From Candidatus Komeilibacteria bacterium RIFOXYD1_FULL_37_29 (GTDB taxonomy: Bacteria > Patescibacteriota > Patescibacteriia > UBA1558 > GWA2-36-10), in assembly GCA_001818495.1 (NCBI GenBank), contig MHKS01000004.1, forward strand, positions 1,421 to 65,420: a stretch of DNA of 64,000 bases, written 5' to 3'. The notes under the pieces were generated by a model, which was not told the DNA's origin, did not search any database, and was given only the letters and a program-made list of their open reading frames with translations. A program made the position numbers and the translations under genes. This document shows positions 63,367-64,000 of the stretch, in pieces (positions within the stretch are counted from its first letter, which is position 1; each line of letters opens with the position of its first letter).

Positions 63367-64000
63367 TGCAAGACAAACTCAAGGAACTATTTATTTTCGC
63401 CTTAGAAGTAGCTGTTATTTCAGCTGTTTTGTATTTTGTCAGAGGACAGCTAGTAGAGAGTCATCACCGAGAGGTTAGTCATTATTTACCGATGTTGATT
63501 GATATTTCGTTTTTGGCATTATTTGCTAGTTTTGGTAGTCGGATGGCCAATGCTTTGGGCATCGCGCCAATGGCTGGCAAAATAATCATGGGCATTATTG
63601 CTGGTCCAGCAGTTTTGGGTGTACTCCAACCAGATGCTGAGGGCGTTGAGTTTGCCCGACTTATCGGTGTGTTATTTATTCTTTTTGAAGCAGGTCTTCA
63701 TTTTGATATGGACCTTTTGAAAAAGAATATTATCATCGCCACTGTTGTGGCTTTCTGTGGCGTCTTGGTACCACTCATATCTTTTGCTGCTTTGGGTCAC
63801 TATGTGATCGGATTGGACTGGGTACCCAGCATTTTCTTAGGGGGTATTTTTACCGCTACTTCCGTTGGTTTGTCGGTTGAGGCTCTCAAAAGAGCTGGTA
63901 AGTTGGACACCAATCTGGGTAATCAGATAGTGGGGGCGGCAGTAATTGACGACATTTTGGGTGTTATTATCTTGACCGTCTTGGCTAAGATATCTGATGC
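63367..64000 (+). CDS. monovalent cation:proton antiporter (CPA1/CPA2, Na+/H+ exchanger family), 3' truncated by window end
   Basis: Multiple TM helices; IVGAAVIDDILGVIIL matches Na_H_Exchanger family signature; SD AGGAGAATAATATG. Confidence 0.8.

Noticed and set aside
1-64000. CRISPR arrays, rRNA genes, IS/transposase genes, prophage structural genes
   Set aside because: No regularly spaced direct repeats with spacers were found. The only repeat families are the protein-coding Fn3 repeats, the 20-aa lipoprotein repeats and the intergenic terminator-associated repeat. No 16S/23S/5S-like conserved stretches. No DDE/HUH transposase or capsid/terminase-like ORFs. The only recombinase is the Xer-like gene at 42361..43137.
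1-64000. Alternative genetic code (UGA recoded as Gly, as in Gracilibacteria/SR1)
   Set aside because: Conserved housekeeping genes (pnp, infB, rny, clpP, copA) are full-length in the standard-code ORF track with stops where expected, so no in-frame TGA read-through is needed.

Overview
This is a low-GC (about 33-35%) window using the standard genetic code, since the long ORFs are intact with no in-frame TGA recoding needed. Gene content points to a small-genome, CPR/Patescibacteria-like bacterium: RNase Y plus YmdB, a PilB/PilC type IV pilus cluster with several prepilin-type proteins, three ECF sigma factors each followed by a membrane protein, and many small lipoproteins.

I found one tRNA, tRNA-Ile with a UAU anticodon. 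I found no rRNA, CRISPR array or transposase.

Recognisable housekeeping genes:
- rpsO and pnp
- infB and rbfA
- clpP and an nrnA-like DHH phosphoesterase
- rny and ymdB
- HU
- a YifB/ComM Mg-chelatase-like ATPase
- lspA and a DksA/TraR zinc-finger protein
- a DEAD-box helicase
- the CopA copper ATPase and MgtE
- a GH3 glycosidase, an aldo-keto reductase and a PlsC-like acyltransferase

Accessory or unusual content:
- A 1.4-9.2 kb region holds two paralogous proteins ending in a PEP-utilising phosphohistidine swivel domain. They sit among histidine phosphatases, a HAD phosphatase, an aldolase-like protein and an AKR, punctuated by five copies of a roughly 50-nt intergenic core repeat fused to terminator hairpins.
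- Two GC-rich islands (about 50% GC) appear compositionally foreign. One at 15.0-15.8 kb is flanked by 11-bp inverted repeats and encodes a 44-aa protein plus a lipoprotein with an internal duplicated domain. One at 24.9-26.2 kb carries two tiny genes with strong ribosome-binding sites plus the PlsC-like gene.
- A stand-alone VirB2/TrbC-like pilin candidate has a Cys-rich tail.
- A secreted protein has four Fn3 repeats that are about 80% identical at nucleotide level.
- One lipoprotein carries five tandem 20-aa repeats.
- Another lipoprotein combines leucine-rich repeats with a Kazal-like domain.
- A metal-resistance cluster lies around copA.
- A terminator-hairpin followed by TTTTTTGGTATAAT recurs as a fused terminator/promoter module.
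- Several long structured non-coding regions are candidate ncRNA loci.

All calls rest on motif recognition by eye. No database search was run.
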